DNA of 64,000 nt, taken from positions 48,300,001 to 48,364,000 of the forward strand of contig CM052817.1 of the NCBI GenBank assembly GCA_028534125.1, written 5' to 3'. This stretch comes from Lama glama (Eukaryota). The position numbers and the translations under genes were made by a program. A model generated the notes under the pieces. That model saw nothing but the letters and a program-made list of their open reading frames with translations. It did not search any database and was not told the DNA's origin. This document shows positions 52,906-64,000 of the stretch, one piece after another (the first letter of the stretch is position 1; every line of letters begins with the position of its first letter).

Positions 52906-55394
52906 TATCTTCCCTTAGCCCAGAAGCAGAAACAAAGACCCCAAAGCCCAATGGATTAAGTGTGAGACAGAAAAAGTATGGGTATATGAGTCCAGCCTTT
53001 TTGTTTCCTAAGAGTAAATATGCCTGGAGCTAAGATCAAGACAAGCAGAGACGGAGAACAGACCTGGATGGGATCCAGGACTAGAGGCCCTTTCAAAGTG
53101 AAGTGGGGACTTTTTAGGTCCAGGAGCATGGAGAAAAGGACTCTGTGATGAATTATTCTTAATGTGTACCCCACATTGACCCTTTTCCTGTCAACATTAA
53201 CCATCTAACCAACCTGGACACTCTTAAAATGTCCCTTGAAGAGCGAGTGGGACTTAATGTGGGAATTTGGACATCCTATGTGGAGATGGATACCGAAGGG
53301 AAAACTGCCCCCTGGCCAGTGTGGAACTGAATAGAACCAGTTGGGAATATCTGTCTTTAGGAAGCAATGAGTGCACCACAACTGTTACATATTCATCCCA
53401 CAGAATTTGAACTTACTCTCAATTGCCAGCTCTGTATCAGTCATTCCCATTCATGAGGTCTCATGTGGAAAACACTGGTAAAAACGGCTCTCCTGACATA
53501 ACTAATTTACAGTGATGGAAATTAGAATAGTGGTTTTCCTTGTGAGTAGGTAATGTCAGGGAAGGCACATCTAAGAGCCTTCTGTGGTACTGAAAATGTT
53601 CTGTATTTTGACAGCTCGCAGTTAGATGCATGTTATACATACTTTAAAATGTTTGTTTAAAATTTACTGACTACTGTAAATTGACATATTTTATATTATT
53701 TATGTTATAAATTTGTATATAAACTATACCTCAAATTTTAAAAACTAGCCTGGAATTTTCTTCTATTCAACCACAACCTACTCCGGCCTGGGTTACTCAC
53801 ACTCTTTTCTTTCTCTACCATAAAAGGTCTAACTTGTTCAGCAAAGTTCCAATGCCAGATAGTACAAACGCAAAGTCACAAGAAAAACAGAAACACAAAT
53901 GTATTTAGCTGGTGTAGAGATCAAAGAAAAGTAAATAATGAACTGTGGCTTCATCAAACATTAACAGAACAGTACAGGGCAGAACAAAGTAGCAAATAAT
54001 CAAGATATACATTGGGATTATATTTGCTTTAGAGCAATTTATTTTCAAATTGACAGTTGGTTTTGAAGTCTTTCATTTAAGTCTAATATTTTATTAAGAG
54101 ATAATCAAATTTTGGTTAATTGTGGTCTTAGAAAACTATAATCTTCTAATGCTTTTAAAAAATACTTTTTAAAATTTAAAAAATACTCTTTCCTTTTTGA
54201 GAGTTTGCATTTGTATTGCCCAACCATCCAGTGACCCATGTGGATCAAAGCAGTTGCCAGGACTCTAGCAGGACTAAGAAAATAAATTTGAATTTCTTTT
54301 CACACTAAATTTTCTTTTCTCTGCACGTGTGGGAGACTTCTCTACTTTTGGAAAGGTGTTGTGGAGATTTACTTTCCTTAGTTCTGAGTCTCTGCTTGTT
54401 TCAGTCAAAAATACAACACTCTCTACTATCCTATTCTCACTCCCCTTACTTCTCAACAGAAGTAATTTTTGGTGGGAGAGTAAAGAGCAAAGTCAAGTCA
54501 CTGGCCAAAAGTGGCCAAAGTCAATGACCTCCAGGGCAAACCCACTAAACTCCCTCCTACCAGAAGCCACAATTTTAGGGGTGTGGGATAAACAAAGTAA
54601 CTGCAAAACAAACTGCTACCAGGAGGGTAATGGCAGGAAGGAGCTGCATTAAATTCACCCAACAGTACGTTTTGCCCCACCAGCAAGAATCTCTTCTGTA
54701 GAGTTGCTATGATTTTTGAGCTCATAGCAATATGAGGCCAGGAAACAATTAGATATCAAAGAGAAGAAAGCACTTGATGGTATTAACAACAATCATCCCC
54801 AACTTTGTTCATTTTTCCCCTTCTTGGAAAAAAATGACAAAGAAAATATGGAATTTATTCCAGCCCTGCTAAAATACATCTACCTAGAATTGTTTCTAAT
54901 ATTTATGAATCAAAAACATCTTATAATTTTTTAAATTTTATTATCTCACCACTTTTGTAATGGATGGCCTTACACCTCTGAATCCCCAAGAATGAGACAG
55001 TTGTATTATTATGAAAAGGGAATGAATGCAGTTCCAAACTATCTAATTTTAAAATCATGGCTTTGCCAGTTACTAGATACAAAGTGGCAGGTAACATCTA
55101 GCTTCACAAGGGTGTTATAAGAAATAAAAAATTTTGTAGACTGTAATAACTTATACAAACGTAAGGCATGAGGTATTACCAAGCAGAAAGGGCAGAGGCT
55201 TTGGATCTAGAGATCCTGGTTCAAATCTCAGTAGTATCACTTTGACCATGTTAAGTTCTCTGAACTCAATTGCTCCATCTGGATTGTTGCAAGGATTAAA
55301 TATTAACTTATATAAAGGCCCAGTAACTTAATAGTCATCCAACAAATGACAGCTATTATTTTGAAGATTTTTTTCCTTTCCTTTAGTCACTTTT

Positions 55395-55770
55395 CATTCA
55401 TTTATTCAACAAATATTTATTGAGTAATAGACACAGTACTATGGTATAATGGTAAGGTATATACAACTCTTATCTTTATGGATTTATTGTCTAGTTGGGA
55501 ACACAAACAAACAAACAGAAAATTACAGTATACTTTTGTATGTGTTATAATAGGGGAAGCACAGAGTGCTATGGGAACCCAGATGAGAGACACTTTGTCC
55601 AGACTTAGTTCAGTACTGCAGAGGTGTCTTGGAGAAAGTGACTTTGAGCTGAAAACTGAACAACAAGTAGGAATTAGGAAATAAAGGAGAGAAAGTAAGG
55701 TAAATTTTCCAGGCAAAGACATGCACAAAGGCCCAGAAGCAAGAGACATCATGTATTTGAGATCAAGAAA
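55395..55770 (-). mobile_element. L2 3' fragment
   Basis: TTCATTCATTTATTCAACAAATATTTATTGAG...CAGAGTGCTATGGGAACCCAG...GACTTTGAGCTGA. Confidence 0.8.
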
Positions 55771-56449
55771 CCTCAAAATATCCACCAACACATACACTCT
55801 GTTCTGGGATTAGAACATAAATACTCTCATATAGATCTTTCTGTCCTTTTGTTGTCCATTGACATCATGTCTTTCAGCCTTTCATCTGACAAATATCCAC
55901 TGAAGAGAACATATTTTCAACTTCAGCCAAAATCTTACCATGACCAATCACCATTATCAGGTATAAATTCCTGGTTATGTGGCCCAATAATTCACAACAT
56001 ATATTCTTATTCCAATCTGGAGATCTACAAGCATAGCATCAGACTGGATGATGATGGATAAATACCATTCTCTATACTCCATAAGCTTAACAGTCCACTT
56101 GGGAAAATAAAACATAAAATAGATTAGGACATACAACAGGATGTGATTAAATATTACTTGAATGATTGGACAATAAATGTAATAGAAATTTAGACAAGGA
56201 TGGATCATGATAATTTTATAAATGTCACTGCAGCTTGGGAGTATTTTCCTCACATCATTCATATGGGCTTATTATATACAGACACCCCACACTCTTTGAC
56301 AAGTTCACTTGGTCATTCAACAAATGTTTAAGGGTCTAATAGTACATGTGTACAACAGGTGTAGGGACAACACAAAGGTCCTGTCCATACAGATCTTATA
56401 TTTTTGTTAGCAAAGGAAGCAATAAACAAAAAACAAAAACACTTTACAT

Positions 56450-56610
56450 ATATATCTTATTTAATCTTGGAAACAACTCCATGAGTTAGAATTTATCATT
56501 CTTTTATAGAAGAGACATTGGGTGTCAAATAACTTATCCAAGGTCAGACAGCTACCAAGTAGCACAGCCAAAATTTTAATTTAGGTCTATCAGACTATAA
56601 AGCCCATGTC
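56450..56610 (-). mobile_element. MIR SINE
   Basis: ATCTTATTTAATCTT..AAACAACTCCATGAG...AACTTATCCAAGGTCAGACAGCTA. Confidence 0.75.
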
Positions 56611-57049
56611 CAACGTCAGTCATCCCACTCCACTGCTGAAACTTTCCATTTCCCTGAACGACAAAGGTAGCTGGAGGCTTCTCTGATACATGGTCATTCC
56701 TGAAATGTGCCCAAGATTAGACAAGTGATTCTCATGCTTTTTGCTTCCACAAGCTAGGTCACAGGCTCTTTCTTAATCCTGCAGTATTCTTTCTTCCAGC
56801 TGCATTGCTTTTAACTGTGATTTTAGTCTCCATCTCAAATATATATCCATGGGTTCCATTCTATGCAATTCCCTTCTCTGCTTTAACATCTTCATTAAAT
56901 TCTCCATTCATTTTCCTCATTCACCAAAACAGTTGCTAATTAGTAGTACTATACTCTCCTTCAAAAGTATGGCTGTAATGGGCTATGTGGCAAGTGTGCT
57001 ATATTGGAAGTGTTACTGTATTTGGATTTACACTTATTACCAATAGCTC

Positions 57050-57530
57050 TATCATCAAGCAGTTAAGTGCCTGGCTCTTTTCTACATTATCTCATTTCAT
57101 TCTTTCAATAACACTGCAAGTTATTAAAGAGTTCCTATTTTATAGATGAGGAATTGAGGTTCAGAGGGGCTGAATTACTTGTCCATGGCCAGGATATAGT
57201 AAATTTACCTCTTCACGTGTGCTTCCTACCATACCATACTGTCTCCCACCTAAAACTGCAGAAATCACAGAAATACGGATTTGAAAGGAATCCCAAGGAT
57301 CTTTTACAAGATTCCTTCCCGTGTAGGCATCATTTCTACAGAATCCTTTCCAGTGATCCAGTCTCTTACAGAAATACTGGCTTTATCATATGCAAATTGT
57401 GACCTCTGTAAGCCTCAGTTTTCTCATCTATAAAAGTGAGTACTATTTATCTCACAAGGTTATTGTGAGGATTAAATGATAAAGTATGTGAAGGTCCTTT
57501 GCAAATAATAAAGCTCTTTATAAATGTTCC
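57050..57530. mobile_element. Two MIR fragments in opposite orientation
   Basis: TTTTATAGATGAGGAATTGAGGTTCAGAG (minus, about 57140) and AGCCTCAGTTTTCTCATCTATAAAA...GTTATTGTGAGGATTAAATGA (plus, about 57410). Confidence 0.75.
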
Positions 57531-58000
57531 GAGCTTTCTTTACAAGTTAAGTTAGGCCTGTAAGACAAAATATTATGTTTGAATTTAAGTCATTGTAAAT
57601 GGATTCTCTGTAATATCTCTCTGACTTCATAATCAGAAATTTAAAGGGAGCAATATAGCCACAATTTTTTCAAGTAGGCAAAATTATTTTACATTACTAC
57701 TAGACCCAAGACTAAGCTTACAGTATAAGTTTTTCTCAAACTCTTTTGGAGATGGAGAAAAATATCAGCTTTGGAATAGCAATGAGAAAGTGAATTTCAT
57801 CTAATATGTGCAGTTGTGTAAAATAATTAATATGGCTTGCAATACGATAGGCTTTAAATAAATTTTCTAATATAGTTCTATTAGAATTTGTGCACATATT
57901 AAAAATACCAATACAACTATAATAATAAACATTTATTGAGCACTTACTTAATATTTGGTAACTCATTTAATAAAATTCTTCAATTACAGGATAATAATAA

Positions 58001-58038
58001 TTTGACAATTAAAGGAAAGTTTGACAATTAAAGGAAAG
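58001..58038. repeat. Perfect 19-bp tandem duplication
   Basis: TTTGACAATTAAAGGAAAG twice. Confidence 0.95.
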
Positions 58039-61000
58039 TTAGTGTAGAAAGCTAATAAAATAATAATATAGACAAAAGAAAAACTACATAACATATATAA
58101 CCTGACTTTAACTTTTGATAAATTATTATACTCAACAATAGAAATGTTTCAGAATACTTTATAGAAACGACAGATAAAATAGGTTGAGTTTTATCATCTA
58201 CAAAATGCCCCAATGTATGCTCATTTAAAACTGATTCATGGGTATAATATTATGTCCCTTTATCCAAGTAAATGGAAAATTAGATATCTCTACTAATCTT
58301 CTATTTCGTTAGCTTTCAAATTCATCTTACTGCATTAATCTTAAAGTCATTTCCCAGATTGTTCCTATGCTTCTTTCCTTGACATTCATATTGTTTCCTT
58401 TTCTTTTCCAAGGATTTTATTCTACAAGACCATAAAAATTTATAAGCATATACATATTTTTGTGTATATGTATATGTATGCACAGTATTTGCATCTTTTT
58501 CTAAACTATTATCTCTTGATAATGAATAAAAATCAAATCAGGACAGAAAGCGCATACCTCCCTCACCCCCTATTAAGGCAGAAAGGTGGAAATACATTGT
58601 GTATTTTGTGTTGCATAAGCCCATCTCACTAAATGAAAACACTTACTGCTTTACTTACAGCCAGCGTCCTTCAAATTGCTTGTGGTGATATGCTTTTTCA
58701 GCAATGATGACTGGAAAATCAAAGAAATTCAGTTTTCCACCTTCTAAGCTTCTTTTATCTCTGAATGGTGCAGGCTCAAGAGTTGCCAAATGAGACGGGC
58801 AAAGGCAGCCAGATAGGGCTTCCTAGCCAATCTAAAAATAGCAGGTGGTGGTGGGCAGATATACCATTTCTCTCTTGTTTTTTTTCTTTTTCTTCTAAGA
58901 GCTAGGTACCATAAACATGGCTTGTTCAAAATTAAAACAGTACAGAAAGAATTATGTTCTCTCTTGCCCTAAGATCTGGACATGTGGTCAGTTAGAAAAA
59001 TTTGTATGTTTTGCTAACAAGAAAGATGCGAAATTTAAGGCAAAACTATATTCTGCATTTCTTACAGCTAGGTTCACATACCCAATTTCCATTTATTCTG
59101 AAAGGAAATCTGACTGTAACTTGATGGAATCAAGAACTGCCTTTGTTTTTATTTTTTCGTTCCTGAGCTCCTTAAATAATAACTATTAACGTTTATATGT
59201 TGTATAATTTAAGAGGTCCGTTCACAGATTTTATTGGCACCTTACAACAAGCCTGTGCCTTGGAGAGGCCCTAGCATTACAATTTGGAAAATAAGACTGA
59301 GGCTCACAGAAGTTGAAGCTTGCCCAAGGCCATCCAGATAAAGAGTGTCTTCAAATTCCACATTCATCACACACACACTCTCCCTGAAGATTCCAACATA
59401 AAATGGCATTTAAGGATTTAACTTTTAAAGTTTCACACACATTTGTAAGCATGTAAAATGTTTTATGGAGAAAATGTTACAATAAATTTTCTTGGATTAG
59501 AGGTCCTTTACAAATGCAAAAGTTGCACAAAATGTGAAAATATGAATTTACTAATCATATTCACTATATAATGATAACTTCTTTAAAGAAGTTCATTTTT
59601 TCAAAATTATCATTTAACAAAATAAACAAGGAGTTACCATGGATATTTAAGCTCTCTTTGAAGGTGGGAGCAAAGAAACTCACAGCTTAGCAGGAAATAC
59701 TAATGTGTAATTAGTTATCTCTCAGTGGTATGATTACAGATATTTTTTCTTCTCTTAATTTCTGTACATTTCAAACTTTAAAGAGCCAAGAAATTATGAG
59801 TTTAACTGCACTTTCAAAGATAACTTAGATGTAAGAAAATTTTTTACAATATACTTTAAGGGAAAAAAAAAAGCAGGACAGAACATTGAATCTATCATGT
59901 GGTCTCAGTCTGGTGAAAGAAAAATGTTTCTTTATAGATGGAAGTACGTAAAACTGGAAGACGATATAGTCTGCTAGGACAGTGATACCTCTGAATGATG
60001 GGATCCAGGGATTATCTTATTTTAACATTTCTGCAATCTCCAAATTGTTTTAATGGGCATGTTGTACTTTTATAAATAAAAGAAAAATGTTTAGGCTTAC
60101 TGTCACTGCTAACTGGAAATCAAGTGGAGTTTAAAAAAATTATCTCAAATTACAAATCACTGGAAAAACATTAATGTACCTAAATTCTAATTTATAGAAC
60201 TTTCAGCTTGTGCCCATTAAGTTGGGTACAAGTATCTCTCACTAAACATAAAAGTCAGTAAATTTTGCTGATAATCCAATCTTAGTCTAAAAAACTCTGT
60301 ATTAGTACAGTAATATTTTCAATGTAGAATTCAGGATTTTGGTTTCTGAATATAAACAAAAGCCCTCTAAAGATTACAAATGTACACAAATGTAGAAATT
60401 AGGTCTACGTCTATGCATACGTGCAACCTATGAGGATTTATATACAGTGAACTGGTGGGCAGGGATGAGGTAGGATTTCTAGCAGACTATACTTTTTTCT
60501 TTATAATTTTCTAGATTGTTTAACTTTCTATACTAAATATTGCTCTAGGACCCATGAAATTAGAAATACCTCCCCTCTCTCCTTTACCTTGATTACTTTG
60601 TTTGCAATAAAATAGAAATTGCAGAACACCAAGACCAGTCAAGGGTTTCATTCACTTCCTTTTTGGTCCCTATTAAATAATACCCAGTATTACCTAGGAA
60701 TTACCTGCACTACTCCACCAAAAACAGACAGCATTCTTTAATGTCTGAATAATCCTGGGGTTCCGACCAACTACGGGACCAACACAGGAGTTTTGCCTCT
60801 AGCCTATAGCCATTCACACATAGGAACATCTGGGTAACAGCTCGGGTGTGGGTGGAGGGGAACAGAGCATTCTGCCCCTTATCACTTCCCCAGGGCAGAA
60901 ATACTAGATTCCTAACACTAGGAATAATATTCTTTTACTCAAATAAGAATAGAATAATAGATTTCTTCCTAACCTTAACACAAATAGAAGGAGCAAGGCA

Positions 61001-61367
61001 ATTTCTAAACAGACTTCAAAGATAATTTATAGGCATTAAGAGGTCTCTTCATTGCAACCTATCTTCTAGGAAGGGGTACAAAGATCCTTATGCATCTTGC
61101 TTAAAAACAATAGATAAAAACCATGGCCAATTAATCTCATCTACTTCCCAAGAGAAGGAAGGTCTCTTGATGTTAGAAGTATCAAGCATCAAATTCTCAT
61201 GAGTTTTCCGTAACAAATATTTATTATTTTTATAATCTGAAAATAATGCTACTTTATTTCAAAATTAGCAGGATTCTAGTCACAAATGAGAAATTATAAT
61301 TTCCTGAAATACCAGTGGAGATACCAAGAATGTTTATATTCTGCACCACCCAAAACATAAAAGTACA

Positions 61368-61478
61368 GTGCTCGCTTCGGCAGCACATATACTAAAACTG
61401 GAATGATACAGAGATGAGCGTGGCCCCTGCACAAGGATGACATGCACATTCATGAAGTGTTCTATATCTAAAAAAAAA
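61368..61478 (+). pseudogene. RNU6: U6 snRNA processed pseudogene (near full length, poly(A)-tailed)
   Basis: GTGCTCGCTTCGGCAGCACATATACTAAAA...ACAGAGA...GGCCCCTG.CAAGGATGAC...; about 10 substitutions and a 3-nt deletion versus canonical U6; A-tail; target-site duplication AAAGTACA at 61360-61367 and 61481-61488. Confidence 0.96.
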
Positions 61479-61964
61479 TTAAAGTACAGAAAATAAAAAT
61501 AAAAGAAAATGCTAAGAACTTGGATAGCAACCTAATCTTCTTTATGTAGCTTCAAACTCCCTCAAGGGGAAGAGTAATTCCTAACAACTTACATGTTCCT
61601 TCATCAGTCCCTGGAATGCAGTAGGAAGTCAATAAATATTTGCTGAATGAATAAATTTAATAGTAAATGAATTGCCTAATTTAAAATTTTATGCCAAAGA
61701 CCTTCTCCCAAGAATCTCAACCATCACTCCAGTCCCAGTCACCAGAGGTAACCACAGTGAAGTATGGTGAATCTGTCTCCACACATACATGCACCAGGGA
61801 GGAAGAAGTGGGAGATACATACCATAACTATTTCCACTTAAAAAATACAGTGAATATCCTACTGTAGTTTCACTTCACTCATTCTTCTTTAAATAACTGC
61901 ACAAACTTAACAGTTTTCCAGATGCTTTCAGCAACTAAGATATTGAATGAAAGGAAATAAAAGT

Positions 61965-62200
61965 ACTAATAGTAATGGCAAACATGTATTGAGCACTGTT
62001 CTAAATGCTTTATATATACTACACTTTAAAACTGCGCAACTTTCTATGTAGGTAGTATTACATCTAGCACTCTTACAAAGAAATTAACAAGTATTACTTG
62101 CCCAAGATTATAATCACTTGCCTAAAGTTAGACAATAAGTGGCAGGGCTAGGATTTGAAGCCAGATGTCTGTCTTATGAGCCTGTGTTCTTAATCAGTAT
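61965..62200 (-). mobile_element. MIR SINE
   Basis: AACATGTATTGAGCACTGTTCTAAATGCTTTA...ACTTGCCCAAG...TAAGTGGCAGGGCTAGGATTTGAAGCCAG. Confidence 0.8.
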
Positions 62201-63233
62201 TGCCTCTGTGATGTTAAACCACTAAAGATAAATTCTTACTTAACAACTGGCTGATGTAAACATAATAGGATACAATGTCTGGGTATGTTTTAACTACACC
62301 AGAACCTTCTACACGAAGTAGTGCATTCAAAGTAACCATACCAAGAGGTTATATGTTCAGTTTAGAGTCTGCCATCAGTCAAAAACACTTGAATTAGTAA
62401 AAAAAAATATGAATTTCCCTCACATATATTTCATAAGCTGAACAAAAAAAATGGATCTAAGTGCCTATTGTTACCTTTTTTTATGGCCAAAAGCAGCTCT
62501 TTTCAACTTTTACTACCCATTTTGTTCTTAAGAATTGTCACTAAATGATTTACTGTCATTAAAAAAAATAAAAAACTATATCCAGTCAGGCACAAAAAAA
62601 GAACTTGACTCAACATTGGAAAAATATATGACTCAGACTCTAAACTCGGGTCCAAGGGTACACATGTTTTGAATAATGGCAGAATCTTTGGAATAAGTAT
62701 AGTCTTTCAAGATAACCATTCTGAAGAGGGCAATATTCAATTGCCTGTTTAAGGTCAATCTGTTAAAAGTTAGTTAACAGGTTTCATTCACTTACTAATC
62801 TAGCAACCATTTCTTGTCAACCACCAACACAACAGTAACTTACAGCCATACTGTCCACGCTATCCCCAAGCCAGTGGTTTAACAGCTAGTATTTTAAGCA
62901 CAGTATAACATACCAAAGTCGTGTTGCTGAGCCAAGAGAAGCATAAATTGTTTCATAACATTAGCCAATTTCCTAATTTACTCTTCTAACATAAAGGGAG
63001 TCCACTCCAGCTGACAGTAACAGCAAGAACAAAACAGTAGCTTTAGGAGATGCTTCACCTTTGACTGAATATTATTAGTTTAAACAAAGGATAACAGTAA
63101 CAACAGTGCACACACACACACGTATATCACCAAAACACCAGCATCACCACCACCATTGTGAAGTGACGTCAAGTGACATGAAAAGGTGATATGTTTCGGA
63201 AGATGCGTCAATCGAAGAACAGGTTTCACCTAC

Positions 63234-63411
63234 CTCTGTTACTGAATCACTTTTTAGATCACGGTTTTGTTAAGTAAAACTTTCTTCTTGGAAAAATAAT
63301 CATCTGAGCTCCATGTAGTTTCATAGAGTAGTAATAATAACTGTAAGTTTCTTTGTATACATAATTGCTAAGTAAATGGCAAACAGTTTTGCAAAATAGC
63401 TAATACAAAGT
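63234..63411 (-). other. candidate non-coding exon (178 nt)
   Basis: Minus strand: CTAAT branch-like site with TGTTCACTCTTTAG acceptor; GAG|GTAGGT donor; stops in all frames. Confidence 0.3.
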
Positions 63412-64000
63412 CTAAAGAGTGAACATTAGAAAATTAAATTTCCTGGCAACCTGTTAGGCATAATTATCTAACCGAGTACCATCCCATAAAAAACCCCAAC
63501 GATTGGTATTATTCAATCTAATACTTAGTGAAGCAGCTGGGAGTTGTGTACCAGACTTTCTTTAAGTAAGAGAATTCTAAAAACACTGCCTTTTTGATTG
63601 CCTATATTTAATCCAACAGCTCATTTTCTTCTTCCCCCCACATCTGTATACATACAATCTCACTCAATAAAGTTTTTATTAATCTATTAATGCTTTTGCT
63701 CTGGCAGTGCAAAAGACCTCTCATCAGCTCTTATCCTTCTTAGCCACTCACCATCAAGATAATGATGCCTGGATTATAGCCAGAGCAAAGCAGAGAACCA
63801 AGTATATAATGACCTCATGTGGCAAAGGACTACAACTACTGATTTAAGTATGAAATCATCATGGACTTGAACTACTTTCATTATTAGATTTTTATTTTCA
63901 AATTGCTACTTTAAATGGGGATTAAATACTGCCCAGTTAGGGAAGAAGAGAAAAATGACCTTAGATATAAAGAGCAGAGGTAAAAATGAAACAAACTAAA

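Noticed and set aside
52920..53440. LTR-like purine-rich block between L1 relics
   Set aside because: Could not assign a family or termini with confidence
1..64000. CRISPR arrays, operons, rRNA/tRNA genes or other prokaryote-type systems; remaining short ORFs
   Set aside because: Sequence is mammalian; no regularly spaced repeat arrays; the only tRNA-like sequence is SINE-derived; short ORFs look like random open frames

Overview
Mammalian genomic DNA: AT-rich, CpG-depleted, with no CpG island and no recognisable protein-coding gene. A tRNA-derived SINE matching the camelid Vic-1 family, cetartiodactyl-type L1 3' ends and the absence of Alu, Bov-A/BovB, PRE-1 and SINEC elements point to a camelid (camel/alpaca/llama). 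Much of the window is interspersed repeat: L1s of several ages (several with visible target-site duplications), L2, MIR, hAT DNA-transposon fossils, a MER41-like solo LTR, a U6 retropseudogene and relics of an ancient AmnSINE1-like SINE. There is one 100-N assembly gap. The only ORFs with recognisable homology are L1 ORF1/ORF2 fragments. Several minus-strand splice-site pairs and a strong plus-strand bias of L1 insertions suggest the window is intronic or 5' sequence of a minus-strand transcript that I cannot name. I found no convincing new biological system. The best leads are the minus-strand exon chain, an AmnSINE1 relic abutted or split by a young L1, a 54-nt L1 5'-end-only remnant between intact target-site duplications, and a few compact transcription-factor motif clusters. 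Repeat family names are from recalled consensus sequences, and boundaries of old repeats are approximate.
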